Assembly (NCBI GenBank): GCA_003971905.1
Contig: RSEE01000008.1
Location: 372,001 to 436,000, forward strand
DNA length: 64,000 nucleotides
DNA from: Moniliella sp. 'wahieum'
Taxonomy: Eukaryota
Reading direction: 5' to 3'
The notes under the pieces were generated by a model. The model searched no databases. It was given only the letters and a program-made list of their open reading frames with translations, and had not been told where the DNA came from. This document shows, piece by piece, positions 27,540 through 37,606 of this stretch (positions within the stretch are counted from its first letter, which is position 1; each line of letters opens with the position of its first letter). The translations under genes and the position numbers were made by a program.

Positions 27540-28530
27540 ACCTGAGGCGCCGCGCTGAGAGGGATATGAGGATCTGAGAGAGAAACTGAGCTTGAGGCCT
27601 GTGAGGCCGAGGCCTGAGGGAGGCCTCAGGCCTCAGGTCTGATTGAGAGGTTACGCGTTACGGCTGCTGTTTTTGAGAGAGGGCTTTTCTGCGGAACTGA
27701 TCGCGATGCTCGCCTAAACACCAGGCTACTGGTAGAGCAGTAGCGTTTGAAGCTTGAAGCCGGCTTGAGGTGTGTGGAGATCGTAGAAAGTTCGGTTTTG
27801 AGTTCAAAGTAAAGTACGTATATATACACGGTGAGTTCGGGCTCGGCGCTCAGGCTGAGCAGCCTTTTTAGATCTTAGGCCTTAGGCCTTAGGCCCTGAT
27901 TGCTGAGGCTCAGCCTGAGCCGCCAAGCCCCAAAGCCCCAAAGCCCCAAGCGACGTCGTCAACGCGTCAACGCGTCAACGTCGTCATCGTATTAGGGTAC
28001 GTAGGCAGAGCACACTACTTAGCGAACTTATCCGTCGGCAATTACTAGTTACTAGGGTTAGATCTTAAGATCTTCGATCTTATTAGATCGTTTGTGGATT
28101 CTCGGACTGGATGTTAGACAGGGCCAACGCTAAAAAGCTCAAAGATGCAGACTGAGTTACTGAGTGGCTAGTGGAAATGACTGGTGCCTAGCGACTAGGT
28201 GACTAGGTGACCGGTGACTAGCGATGGCCGAGTGATCGATGATCGATGTCGATGACTATTCGATCAGAGACTGATCTCTCGCAGATCGTCTCAGAACTCT
28301 AAGATCTAATCATCCGATCGACAATCTTAGATCGTAGATCTCACAGCTTAATAGGCGAGAGGTACGTACGTTAGGAATAACGCACTTCCTGTTTCGGAAA
28401 TGGGGGGGCAACCTCCGCCTGGTTAATCACCGGTCACCGAGGTAATGCGACTGGGGCATCGCGCAGCTTTTAGGCTTTACGCGTTACGCCTTTCGCTTTA
28501 CCCGCGTTATTACCGGTTACCGGTTACCAT
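27540..28530. repeat. Dense cluster of 7-bp-period TNA-[4-bp palindrome] micro-arrays
   Basis: e.g. TTA-GATC-TTA-GGCC-TTA-GGCC-TTA-GGCC 27868-27895; TTA-CTAG-TTA-CTAG 28042; TTA-CCGG-TTA-CCGG-TTA 28510; TTA-CGCG-TTA 27651. Confidence 0.85.
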
Positions 28531-28922
28531 ATAGCAGGGGGTACTTTGGTTATCTACTCACATGATGTGTCACACATCTCACACCACATATATCTATCCT
28601 CGGCCTCAGGCCTCATTGCAGGCCCCCCCAGCCCTCCCCCCAACCCCGTTCCCTTGGTTTTTCCCCACATCCATATCCTGCCGTCACGCTCTTTCGGCCA
28701 CAGCACCAAGTCGTTTCCTTCATTAACATATTGGAGCAGCGCTTTCTGTTTATCGAATCAGCCTCTCTCCTCATTACCACCATCCAAATACACAGTCTCT
28801 CCCCGCTTCCAGTTTTCTCATCCAGGGTGAGTACTCTCCCCCACCTTGTGGTTACTGCCACCTGACGGAATGTTGACCGGAAAGGTTCTCCACTGCCCCA
28901 CTACATCAGAAGTTATTGAACC

Positions 28923-31083
28923 ATGACGGAAACCGTTCCCCCTCTTCCTCCCATCAGTATGTCGGAGCGAGCTCTGAACATGGCAATGACCCCACCACCC
29001 CCTCCGCCTAAGAAGAGAACAAGCTTGCTGCGTCGTGCTTCGACCCGGATACGCATGTCTCTCTTCAGCCAGTCTAGTCAAACCCAACAGCTTACCGAGC
29101 CACCCCAGGTTCAACAGGATGAAGGTTCTGCAGCTCCTGGGGTGGGAATAATGTCTTCCCTCGGTCGAGGTAGCCGACACTATTGGCACAACCATCGCCG
29201 GCCAAATACCCTGTTGGCCACGGAAAGCAGCGCAATTGGCCCCCGCGAGATGAGCGTTCTGGATGCGATGGCCGAAAGCTCTTCAAGATCTTTCCTCATG
29301 CTCCCACCTCCCCTCCCTTTGGATGCAAAGGCAAGCAGGTCGGCTTCTTCCTTCACAAGTGACGGCCTTCCCATTCCTCCTCTTGGGTTGGAGAGCAGCT
29401 CATCATACTCTGGTCCGGGAACGCCGCTATCTTGTCAGATGCTTACTCCAACGTCTACCCAATGGACTGGATATGATATGGAAGATGAGTGCACACCCTC
29501 AGCCATCACGCTACCAATGCCCTCTACCCACCATCTCATACTGAGTTGCTAAAAGCACCATTGGGGGGGTACCCGCTAGCACTTCCCATCAACAGCAAAT
29601 GTTTGGGTCCCTCTTCCCAAAATTCGCTGGGACTGCTTCCCAATTTATCTCCGACGAACAGGCACATGCTGTCTCGAGGAAACAGCGAACAAGGCAGAGT
29701 TTCCTTTCTCTCGGAGAACAAAAAGGAATCTGTTGAAGCCTGCAATGAAGTCCACGAGCAGCCCTCTTTTCGCGCACCCAATGCAAAGATGCAAACACAT
29801 ATCCTCTCGCCTGGGTCAAACTTGGATCAGCTCTATGCATTACCTCTTTTACTGGCAAAGCAATCCCGCGCACCACAAGATACTCCTCCCTCCTTGTCCA
29901 AGGGGACTGATTTTTATCTCCATCTACAAACACCTGAGAAGGGCAACCTTAAGGAAGGAGAGAAAACGCAACAATGGTCCGAAGCTGCCTCCCGTCCCTT
30001 GTGTAATAATGCTTCATCCGATCCACACTACTTGACATCTTTTTCAGCGTTGTCGGACGACACGTTTCCTGCTTTATCACGTCCACCGCCCAAGATTTCG
30101 CACCCATCTGAAGTAGCAGACGACTTGCATGACCGCAACAGCATCCGCCATGTCAGTCGAGGGTGGAGCGATTGTTTCTCTGACTTCGATGGGAGCCCCA
30201 CATTGTTACCGTCAAGTCACGGAAGTGTCATGCGGCCTTTTTGCAATAATGAGTGCGAACCCGACAGTGGTCTTGCATCGATGCGAGCACAAGTATCAGA
30301 AGAACCATCGGTCGAGGCATGGTCCAACAAGGAGGCGTTCGATGCGGAAGAGCAGGCGGCCATTGCTCATGCTCGCAACGAAACCCTGAAGAAACTCATT
30401 GGTTACAAAGCAGGCCCAGTACTGCGCAAGTCACCATCTTCATCCGTGACCCCCAACCACTCCTCTCATATGGATTCCTCCACAAGAACCTATCATCTAT
30501 GCTGACCGTACACCAGGTTCCCCTTCATGGAAAATGCTTTTGTCCACGTTGGCGTCTCCGATTCCTGACTCATCTGATGCCATGGATTCCGGGGAGGTCC
30601 GTGTTCAAGAGCACTTACCGACCATCGCGCCAGGGCCCTCACTTGCTCGTCTGCGGCTTTCCCATCGTTCACTATCCAAGACTACTGCAGGGGCAGGAGC
30701 GATGGGAGAGTTCCCCGACCGGCCCTTGGTGCTTGGCTCACCATTTGGTTCACCCTAATGCACGCCTTTGGTCTGCACGCCTACAATATGCCCTGCTCAT
30801 CCTAAGGCGGCCATCCGGCTCAATTGACCGCCGTCCCCACCTCTGCATCAGGGGTTACTTATCCGCTCCTACCTTACGGACAGAGGGACATAATATGAAT
30901 TTCACTTCAAGTCCTTCTGCCGGCTATGAAAGCAACCCTCCCGCTTATATGCCATGCGCCTTGGTTACTCTCGCTGTACTAGACTCTTTCCCATCCGTGT
31001 CTCCTCCCCCACGCTTTCCCTACCATTCCCGTCTTATCTCCAGCCTCTCTCTCGACCAAGACATCTTGTTGATTATACAATAA
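28923..31083 (+). CDS. Hypothetical Ser/Pro-rich, likely disordered protein (overlapping ORFs joined by frameshifts)
   Basis: Successive + ORFs 28923..29552, 29489..30505, 30534..30758, ..31083 with similar composition; no recognisable domain. Confidence 0.5.
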
Positions 31084-31608
31084 TACGCAAGAATTCACCA
31101 CTGGCTGGAAGAAACGGCACAGCCGCCGAGCCACCTGCGGTGATGGGGTTTTCCCTCCATTTCTCTATCGATGTCCGCTCGCGTTTCCTCGTTTCCGTCC
31201 ACACGTTCTCTCAATCTCTTGTATCTATGCCCTTGCCGCGTACTTTAGCGGCTACAGAATCTGTTTGTTGTTGATTGAATTCTTCTCTTTTTGCCTCTCC
31301 TTATATCACAGAAAGCATTCAATTGTTGATCGTAGTTAATGGAAGGCTTGAGCTCTTTCGGTGAGCTTGAGCTTTAGTTGAGTGCGCGTTCAGCGTATTT
31401 TTCGCGTTCGTGAGAGGTGGACCTGTGAGAGCACCTGATGGAGTAGGTGTATATTTCATTGAGATCTGTTGACATTGGCATATCTGATGCATGCGATGGC
31501 CATATGTTGATAACCTCGATGTCCGAACATATCGACCATGCCCCATTGAAAAAGGAAGAGGCTTCCGACGTGGTGTGCATCTTCCAGCGTCAAGTTTCTA
31601 TAGTTCCA

Positions 31609-31775
31609 CGAGGAGACCACCGGGCCTACGCGGCCCGGTCTGCTGTGTCGCCACCTTAGCCACCGTTCCACGCTGGAACCCGTCTACGCTGGAAAGACGA
31701 AATCATATCACCGATACGCGCTGGTGGGTGGCTGGGAACGTGGCAGGGGGCATGCTGATGTAGAAAGTGCACAGG
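31609..31775 (-). mobile_element. Helitron-like non-autonomous element 3' portion, copy A
   Basis: Similar to 58597-58783; on - strand a GC-rich hairpin ACCGGGCC-gcgta-GGCCCGGT lies 10 nt before CTCG|T; internal inverted repeat gccaccgttcc/ggaacgtggc. Confidence 0.5.
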
Positions 31776-32656
31776 CGTTTCCCACGGCAATAGCTGAGCC
31801 ACAACTGGCTCTCCGCCATTCCGTCCGTCCCGTACCTCAAGCTCTCTGATCAGCAGGTCCAGGTTGGTCTCCAGCTCCGCACGTTGTGCCGCACCACGCG
31901 CAGCATATGCAAGTGCGGTGCCATGTCCTCGCTGGAGCACATCATGTCTTGTACCCGCACCCAGGCCAAGTTTAGTGCGTTGCATGAGGCAGTGCGGGAG
32001 CCCATTCTCCAGCTCATTCGCTCCATCCCCGACACTCACGTCCGCAACGCACCTATGGTGGAGGACGAGGATGGGACGAGGCGCGGACGGAAGGCACAGC
32101 GCACCGATTACCGCGTGATGGGGCCCGGAGCACTGGGAGGAACCGGAATGGAGGTAGACCACACGCTGCGCGACACGGGATCGCAGGAGGCGCAGAGCGC
32201 GTACCGGCGGTGGTACACGAGAGCACTGCGTCGCCTTTGGAACGCCGGGAGAAGGAACTGCTTCGGCTGCTTAAACAAGCAGAATGCGACAAGAACGCCA
32301 AGTACCAGGGACGCACTCAAGAGCCGTTTTTCCCCCTGGTTTTGACGACGCGAGGATACTACGGCACCAAGACAGCGGGCAAGTTGTTACGCATTGGAAG
32401 GAGTTGGCTACTAAGTCTCAGTGAAAATGGTTCCTCGCTCGGATGTCAACCACGTTCATCCGTGTCCACACGCGCTTCCTAGGGTACGGGACCGGATGGC
32501 GTGAGCCGGAGGGTCCTGATATCCTGGCGATCCCCCTGGTTCCTTGACCTTAGTGGCGCTTCCAAGTAACCCCCGCAAGATGAACGGTTCGGTTTAGACG
32601 TAGCGTTCCCCCTGTCCCAGCCTTAGGCTCTGTCAATGATATGGATTCAGAAGGGG
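31776..32656 (+). mobile_element. 5'-truncated non-LTR retrotransposon (CRE-clade-like, RLE-bearing) 3' end, copy 1
   Basis: Translates NWLSAIPSVPYLKLSDQQVQVGLQLRTL..CKCG..SLEHIMSC (CCHC)..LHEAVR..RTDYRV..EVD..DKNAKY..FFPLVLTTRGYYG, the zinc knuckle plus restriction-like endonuclease pattern; stop ~32547 then ~100 bp 3' tail; multicopy in window. Confidence 0.8.
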
Positions 32657-32756
32657 AGATGTGCATCCGCCTGGCTGCGCCCACCTGGAACGCGCCGGGT
32701 GGAACGTGCCAGGTGGCATGCTTGCGTAATTTTACGTAAAGAAAAAAACGGGGTCT

Positions 32757-33069
32757 CTTGAATTCATATCATTGACAGAGCTTAAGGCTGGGACAGGGGG
32801 AACGCTACGTCTAAACCGAACCGTTCATCTTGCGGGGGTTACTTGGAAGCGCCACTAAGGTCAAGGAACCAGGGGGATCGCCAGGATATCAGGACCCTCC
32901 GGCTCACGCCATCCGGTCCCGTACCTAGGAAGCGCGTGTGGACACGGATGAACGTGGTTGACATCCGAGCGAGGAACCATTTTCACTGAGACTTAGTAGC
33001 CAACTCCTTCCAATGCGTAAACAACTTGCCCGCTGTCTTGGTGCCGTAGTATCCTCGCGTCGTCAAAAC
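32757..33069 (-). mobile_element. Second, shorter copy of the same retroelement 3' end, inverted relative to copy 1
   Basis: Reverse complement of 32339-32650 with very few differences. Confidence 0.9.
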
Positions 33070-34555
33070 TTTATACGCGAGGGTGCAAAGAAATCCGCCA
33101 ACGACCCTACTGCCCTCCGACCTGCACGTGACAGGGGGGGCGCTGGCTACGCCAATAATCGGGCATATGACAGAGTCGCGTCGACGCGTCCTCCACCCCC
33201 TTAAAATGCCCCCTACCCGTGCTCACTGGCGGTGTCCTCATTGCACTCGCACCCGGTGTCCCTTCAATCCACGCCCACCGTTGTGCCGCCACTGCCGTCG
33301 CCCCAAGACTGCCGACTCCCCACAATGATTATTTTCGCAAGACGGATGACCACCCGACGCGTCTCTGACTGGCTCAAAGGGGGGCGGTGGGGTGCAAAGA
33401 GTAACCGTGGCACAAGGCGGAGTGGTGGAGCAAGGAGGAGATGTGGAGAGCAATTGAGGGGGGGGGGGCAAGGGGGGACAAGAAGTGGAGGGGGACAAAG
33501 GGGATCGGTGGATGGTGGGCTCGATCCTTACCCTGGGCCCTGCCAGGAGGCTCTCACCCAGGTTGAGGGGTACAATCCCTTAGGTGAAGGACTCACGGTA
33601 GTTTCGGGTTTGAGCTATTTGGTGGCGTGAATCCGAGGCGGCTGTACGCGTGGCAAGGCTGCGTATGCGCCGGCTTGGAGGTAGTAACGTGTCTGAAGCC
33701 TCCGCGGCTCAGAGACGGGTAGAGGCAGTGGAGGACAAACCCTGCCAGGGCTGAGGCTGGGCAGGGGCGGCTGTCGACGTAGCTGTGAAAGGAACCTACG
33801 CAATATATGCTGTGGTAGGGGGAATCGACGCCGCTGAAGCAAGGCTCGCGCGACTGGGGGATGGAAAGCTGGAGAGGACGAGGTTGGATAATGAAGAGAT
33901 GAGGCAGCTAAGTGGGGACGAGAGGCTGCCTGCATTATACTCGACCAGTTGGCCGGAAACCGTCATGGGATGGACAAGAAAGGCGGTGGGAAGGCACGAG
34001 AATGGAAGGTGGGATAAAGGATCCTTCAGACAGGCGTGAAGGCAAAGGGGTGAGCCACAAGTCTTCAACTGAGCAACATCTGAAGGAAAGGAGACAGGAG
34101 AGAGAGAAGGGAGATAATGGAGCGAGCAGGGCGTGCGCGGCCTGCGAGCGGAACTCTTTCGACCGGCTAAGCGAGAGAGTCACCGATTTACTGAGGAGTG
34201 CAGGGGAGGCCTAGCACTACGTACTACCCCCCAACAGAAGCAAGCGGAGGCTGCGAACACACTAAGAAATCATCCGTGATAGCACTTCCTCGTACCCTCA
34301 TATATCGTGCCCCATAGCTTTTGAGCACCTGTGATTCGGTCAGCGCCGGTTATTAAATAGCCGGTAATTTCGGTTAGTGCAGGCCGTGCTTTTTTATTTG
34401 TTTCAGCACGTTTGCCCCACCGCCCATGTCGCTTGGGGCGGATACAAACGGGTGCGAGTGCCGTTGGCCACACCGAAATTTAAGCCCCACCTTTCCCTGC
34501 TCACGCTGACGACATACCACCACCTTGCCTACCCTTTCCAACACCATCAACCACA

Positions 34556-35660
34556 ATGCCGGTCTTGCCCAGTGCAGCTTTCCTTCGGCTTCCACGCGTC
34601 GCATATTCATCGCTTGCGCGCCGGTCACTCGCTACTGCCACGGGGGCAACCAACTTCATCAAGGTCAGTAGCTCTCGCTGCCAACCAACATGCACCTCTT
34701 CGACCGTATACGTCTAACCTGGCCGCACAGATAGTTGAGGTTTCACCCCGTGATGGCCTGCAAAATGAAAAGAAAATCGTCCCCACCGATGTCAAGCTGG
34801 AACTCATCAACCGCCTGGCAGCAGCGGGATGCAAGACGATCGAGGCTGGCGCATTCGTATCACCCAAATGGGTTCCGCAAATGGGCGATACAGAAACCCT
34901 TTTGCGTCAGCTCGTACCTCAAAAAGGTGTTTCCTACCCTGTCCTCGTCCCTAACGGCAAAGGCCTTGACAAACTGCTTGCTCTCTTGGCGGAGCCTGCG
35001 CTGGCCGCGCGCCCCCCACCCAAGAAATCGCCATCTTCACCGCTGCTACGGATTCCTTTACTAGGGCCAACACTAACTGCACCGTGAGAGAAAGCTTGGA
35101 TCGATGCAAAGAGGTGGCTCAAAGAGCCTTGAACGCCAACCTGGCTGTGCGGGGGTATGTGTCGGTGGTTGCTGTCTGCCCATACGAGGGCAAAGTCGCT
35201 CCTGAGCAAGTGGCCCACGTGGCACGCGAATTGGGAGATGGGCTGCTACGAGGTTTCTTTAGGCGACACAACGGGCGCTGGGACACCAGATCAAATGTTG
35301 AAGGTGTTGGAAGCATGCGAACAGAGCGGTGTACCCACCTCCAAGCTTGCTGGTCATTGCCACAATACATTTGGGACGGGGTTGGCCAACGTCCTCGCCC
35401 TCGCTGAGGCAGGGGTACGTACCTTTGACTCATCTGTCGCGAGCTTAGGGGGGTGCCCCTACTCCCCTGGCGCCACCGGAAACGTGGACACGGAGAGTCT
35501 GGTCTATGCTTTCCATGCTCAAGGCTACCAAACCGGAATCGATCTCCCTGCCTTAGCCCACATTGGGGAGTGGGTGTCGCAAGCAATTGGCCGTCCGAAT
35601 GCTTCCTTGGCTGGGCGCGCCCTTTTAGCCCGGGAAAGAGCCAACAAACCAAAGCTATAA
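34556..35660 (+). CDS. Hydroxymethylglutaryl-CoA lyase, mitochondrial
   Basis: Presequence MPVLPSAAFLRLPRVAY, intron 34664-34730, IVEVSPRDGLQNE, FVSPKWVPQM, YEVSLGDTTG, HCHNTFG, LGGCPYSPGATGNVDTE. Confidence 0.96.
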
Positions 35661-36174
35661 CTGTCCACCGTCCAAGCGCGACAGGGTGATCAATGCATTC
35701 ATAAATGTGCTGTGCTCTCGTCATCCCAATCAGCTGGTCATCGAGGAGACGATAGCAGCCCTTCTTCAAGGTACAGCCTGGCGCGGAGCGAAATGGACAA
35801 GGTGCAACGTTTTTGCAATGCACTCAGTATATGTGCCTTCCGCACGAGGCAAGATGCAATCACTCTTCGAACGGCACCGATACTGCGCACACATGAAGTC
35901 ACTATAGATGCACACAACGTAACCCTTGCGAAACGGCCATGTCGGCTCAGCTATTCACACAGCGTGCACGCTTCTCATGGTTTTTTTGTGGTGGTCAGTA
36001 CTCAGTGGCGACGGCTAACCCGCTCACATCAATCATCTGGGGTGGGCGAATGCCCGACAGAGACAATCCGTATACACCTGAACTGATAAGCTGGAGAAAT
36101 TGGATACAGATTGTCTACTGTGAAGAGTACTACGACAAAATTGTCATATAATGTGTTTCTGACCATAAAGTACT

Positions 36175-37359
36175 CTAGTTGTTCTCAAGCGCAGCAACCG
36201 TGGTGCCAGCGGCCTTGGCGCGCTTGCGCAACTTGTCGGCCGACTTGTTGCCGCGCACACCGCCACCCCAATGGCGACGGCTCTCTCGTACTTGTCAACG
36301 TAGTTGGCCTTGGCAGCTGCCACAAGGTTGGCCAGCTCGCGTTGGTCCTCAGCACGGACATCCTGAACGACGGCGATAGCTGCGGTCTTCTTGTGAACAA
36401 CCTGGCCAAGACGAGCTTTGCCACCCTTGACAATCACCCAGGGGATGCCCATCTTGCGGCAAAGAGCGGGCACGGCAACGACCAACTCGATAGGGTCAAC
36501 ATCGTCGGCAAGAACGACAAGGGAAGCCTTCTGGCTTCGATGAGAGCAATCGAGTGGTTGAGACCGTACTTGACAAAAAGGGGCTTCTTGCCGTCGGCCT
36601 TGAGGTCGGCCTTCTTGCCAGCCGCCACATCGGCAGCCACTGCTGCCAGACGAGCCTTTCTCCTGTTTGCTCTCAGGACGGTACTTGTTCAGCAACTTGA
36701 ACAGGGCAGTGGCAGTGTTCTTGTCAAGCGTGTTGCTGAACTGAGCACGCAAGGAGGGACCTTCAAACGCGAGTTGAGGATGACACGTTGACGCTGGAGG
36801 CGGATGTACTCGGGCCACTTGACGAAGCGAGTCAATCGCGGGCCGGTTGAATGTTCTGGCCCCAATGCCAAAGTGCCGAGGACGGCCTCAAACAAGGGGT
36901 TGGCCTGCTTCTTGGACGCAGACGAGGCGGCCTTCAGGTTCGAAGGGAGCTTGGGGTTCTTCTTGCTGGGAGCCTAAGAAAATCAAGCACAAATAAATCA
37001 TGTCAGCAATGCGAACGAAAAAAGAAAGGAGCGTGGATCATTGAGCAGGGGGGTGTGGATTCCCAAGCCCGGCGTCGCACACGCCGGACCCCCTTACATC
37101 CCCATCGTGCCAGGCTCGATGGGAATGGCTCTAACCGGAAGACTCGCATCGAAATTGGCGTCTCCCCATACGGGTACTAGTTCAATTCGTACAAGGCCTT
37201 CCCCACATCAACTTCAACACTTGGAGCGTAGCTCCAAGCTCAGCTGTCCTTTCTAGCCCTTCCCTCTGAGGGTGTGAGCATGACCTGCGGGCAGTAAGGT
37301 GCAGGCGAGAGTTGAGGTAGATGGGTGTGTCAAGAACGGCGATTGACAACACCTACCAT
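36175..37359 (-). CDS. RPL8: 60S ribosomal protein eL8 (L7a/Rpl8)
   Basis: ATG 37359-37357, intron 37356-36974, APSKK.., [58 protein letters not shown]; stop TAG 36177-36175. Confidence 0.96.
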
Positions 37360-37606
37360 ATCGAGTGTCGAGACAAAGGTGGGGTGGGAAAGATGGGTAA
37401 GGGAGGCGGATGCAGACAATCCACTTTATGCCTTAGCCCCAAAAATTCGCCGCAGCACCAACAACCCTACCGCTACGGGTGGAATTCCGCCGTCAAATTT
37501 CGGCCATGTGTGGAATGAAGCCGTTGCACCGATGTCCCAAAAAGTTCTCTTCCTCTCCCCCCCCGTCGTCCCGCCACGAATCCTCACCTCAAGCACCCAG
37601 CTACAA

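Noticed and set aside
27540..28530. CRISPR array or synthetic polylinker (many 6-bp restriction sites)
   Set aside because: No constant long repeat with unique spacers; sites recur with 7-bp period at many native intergenic loci and show decay.
31750..31775. Hammerhead ribozyme (CTGATG...GAAA)
   Set aside because: Reads CTGATGTAGAAA with no stem II, and the second copy has AAAAA instead of GAAA.
31595..31780. HDV-like ribozyme on the - strand (TCCTCGTG loop, GGCTAAG junction)
   Set aside because: Motifs are in the wrong order, I could not build P1/P1.1/P2, and they are not conserved in copy B.
32651..32757. Fold-back as a missed sequencing-adapter artefact
   Set aside because: Spacer does not resemble an adapter, arms differ by substitutions, and the arm ends coincide with the element 3' end seen independently at 57718.
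33530..34230. Possible gene or TE ORF on the - strand
   Set aside because: Multiple stops in each frame I read and no recognisable motif; may be decayed DNA but cannot be supported.
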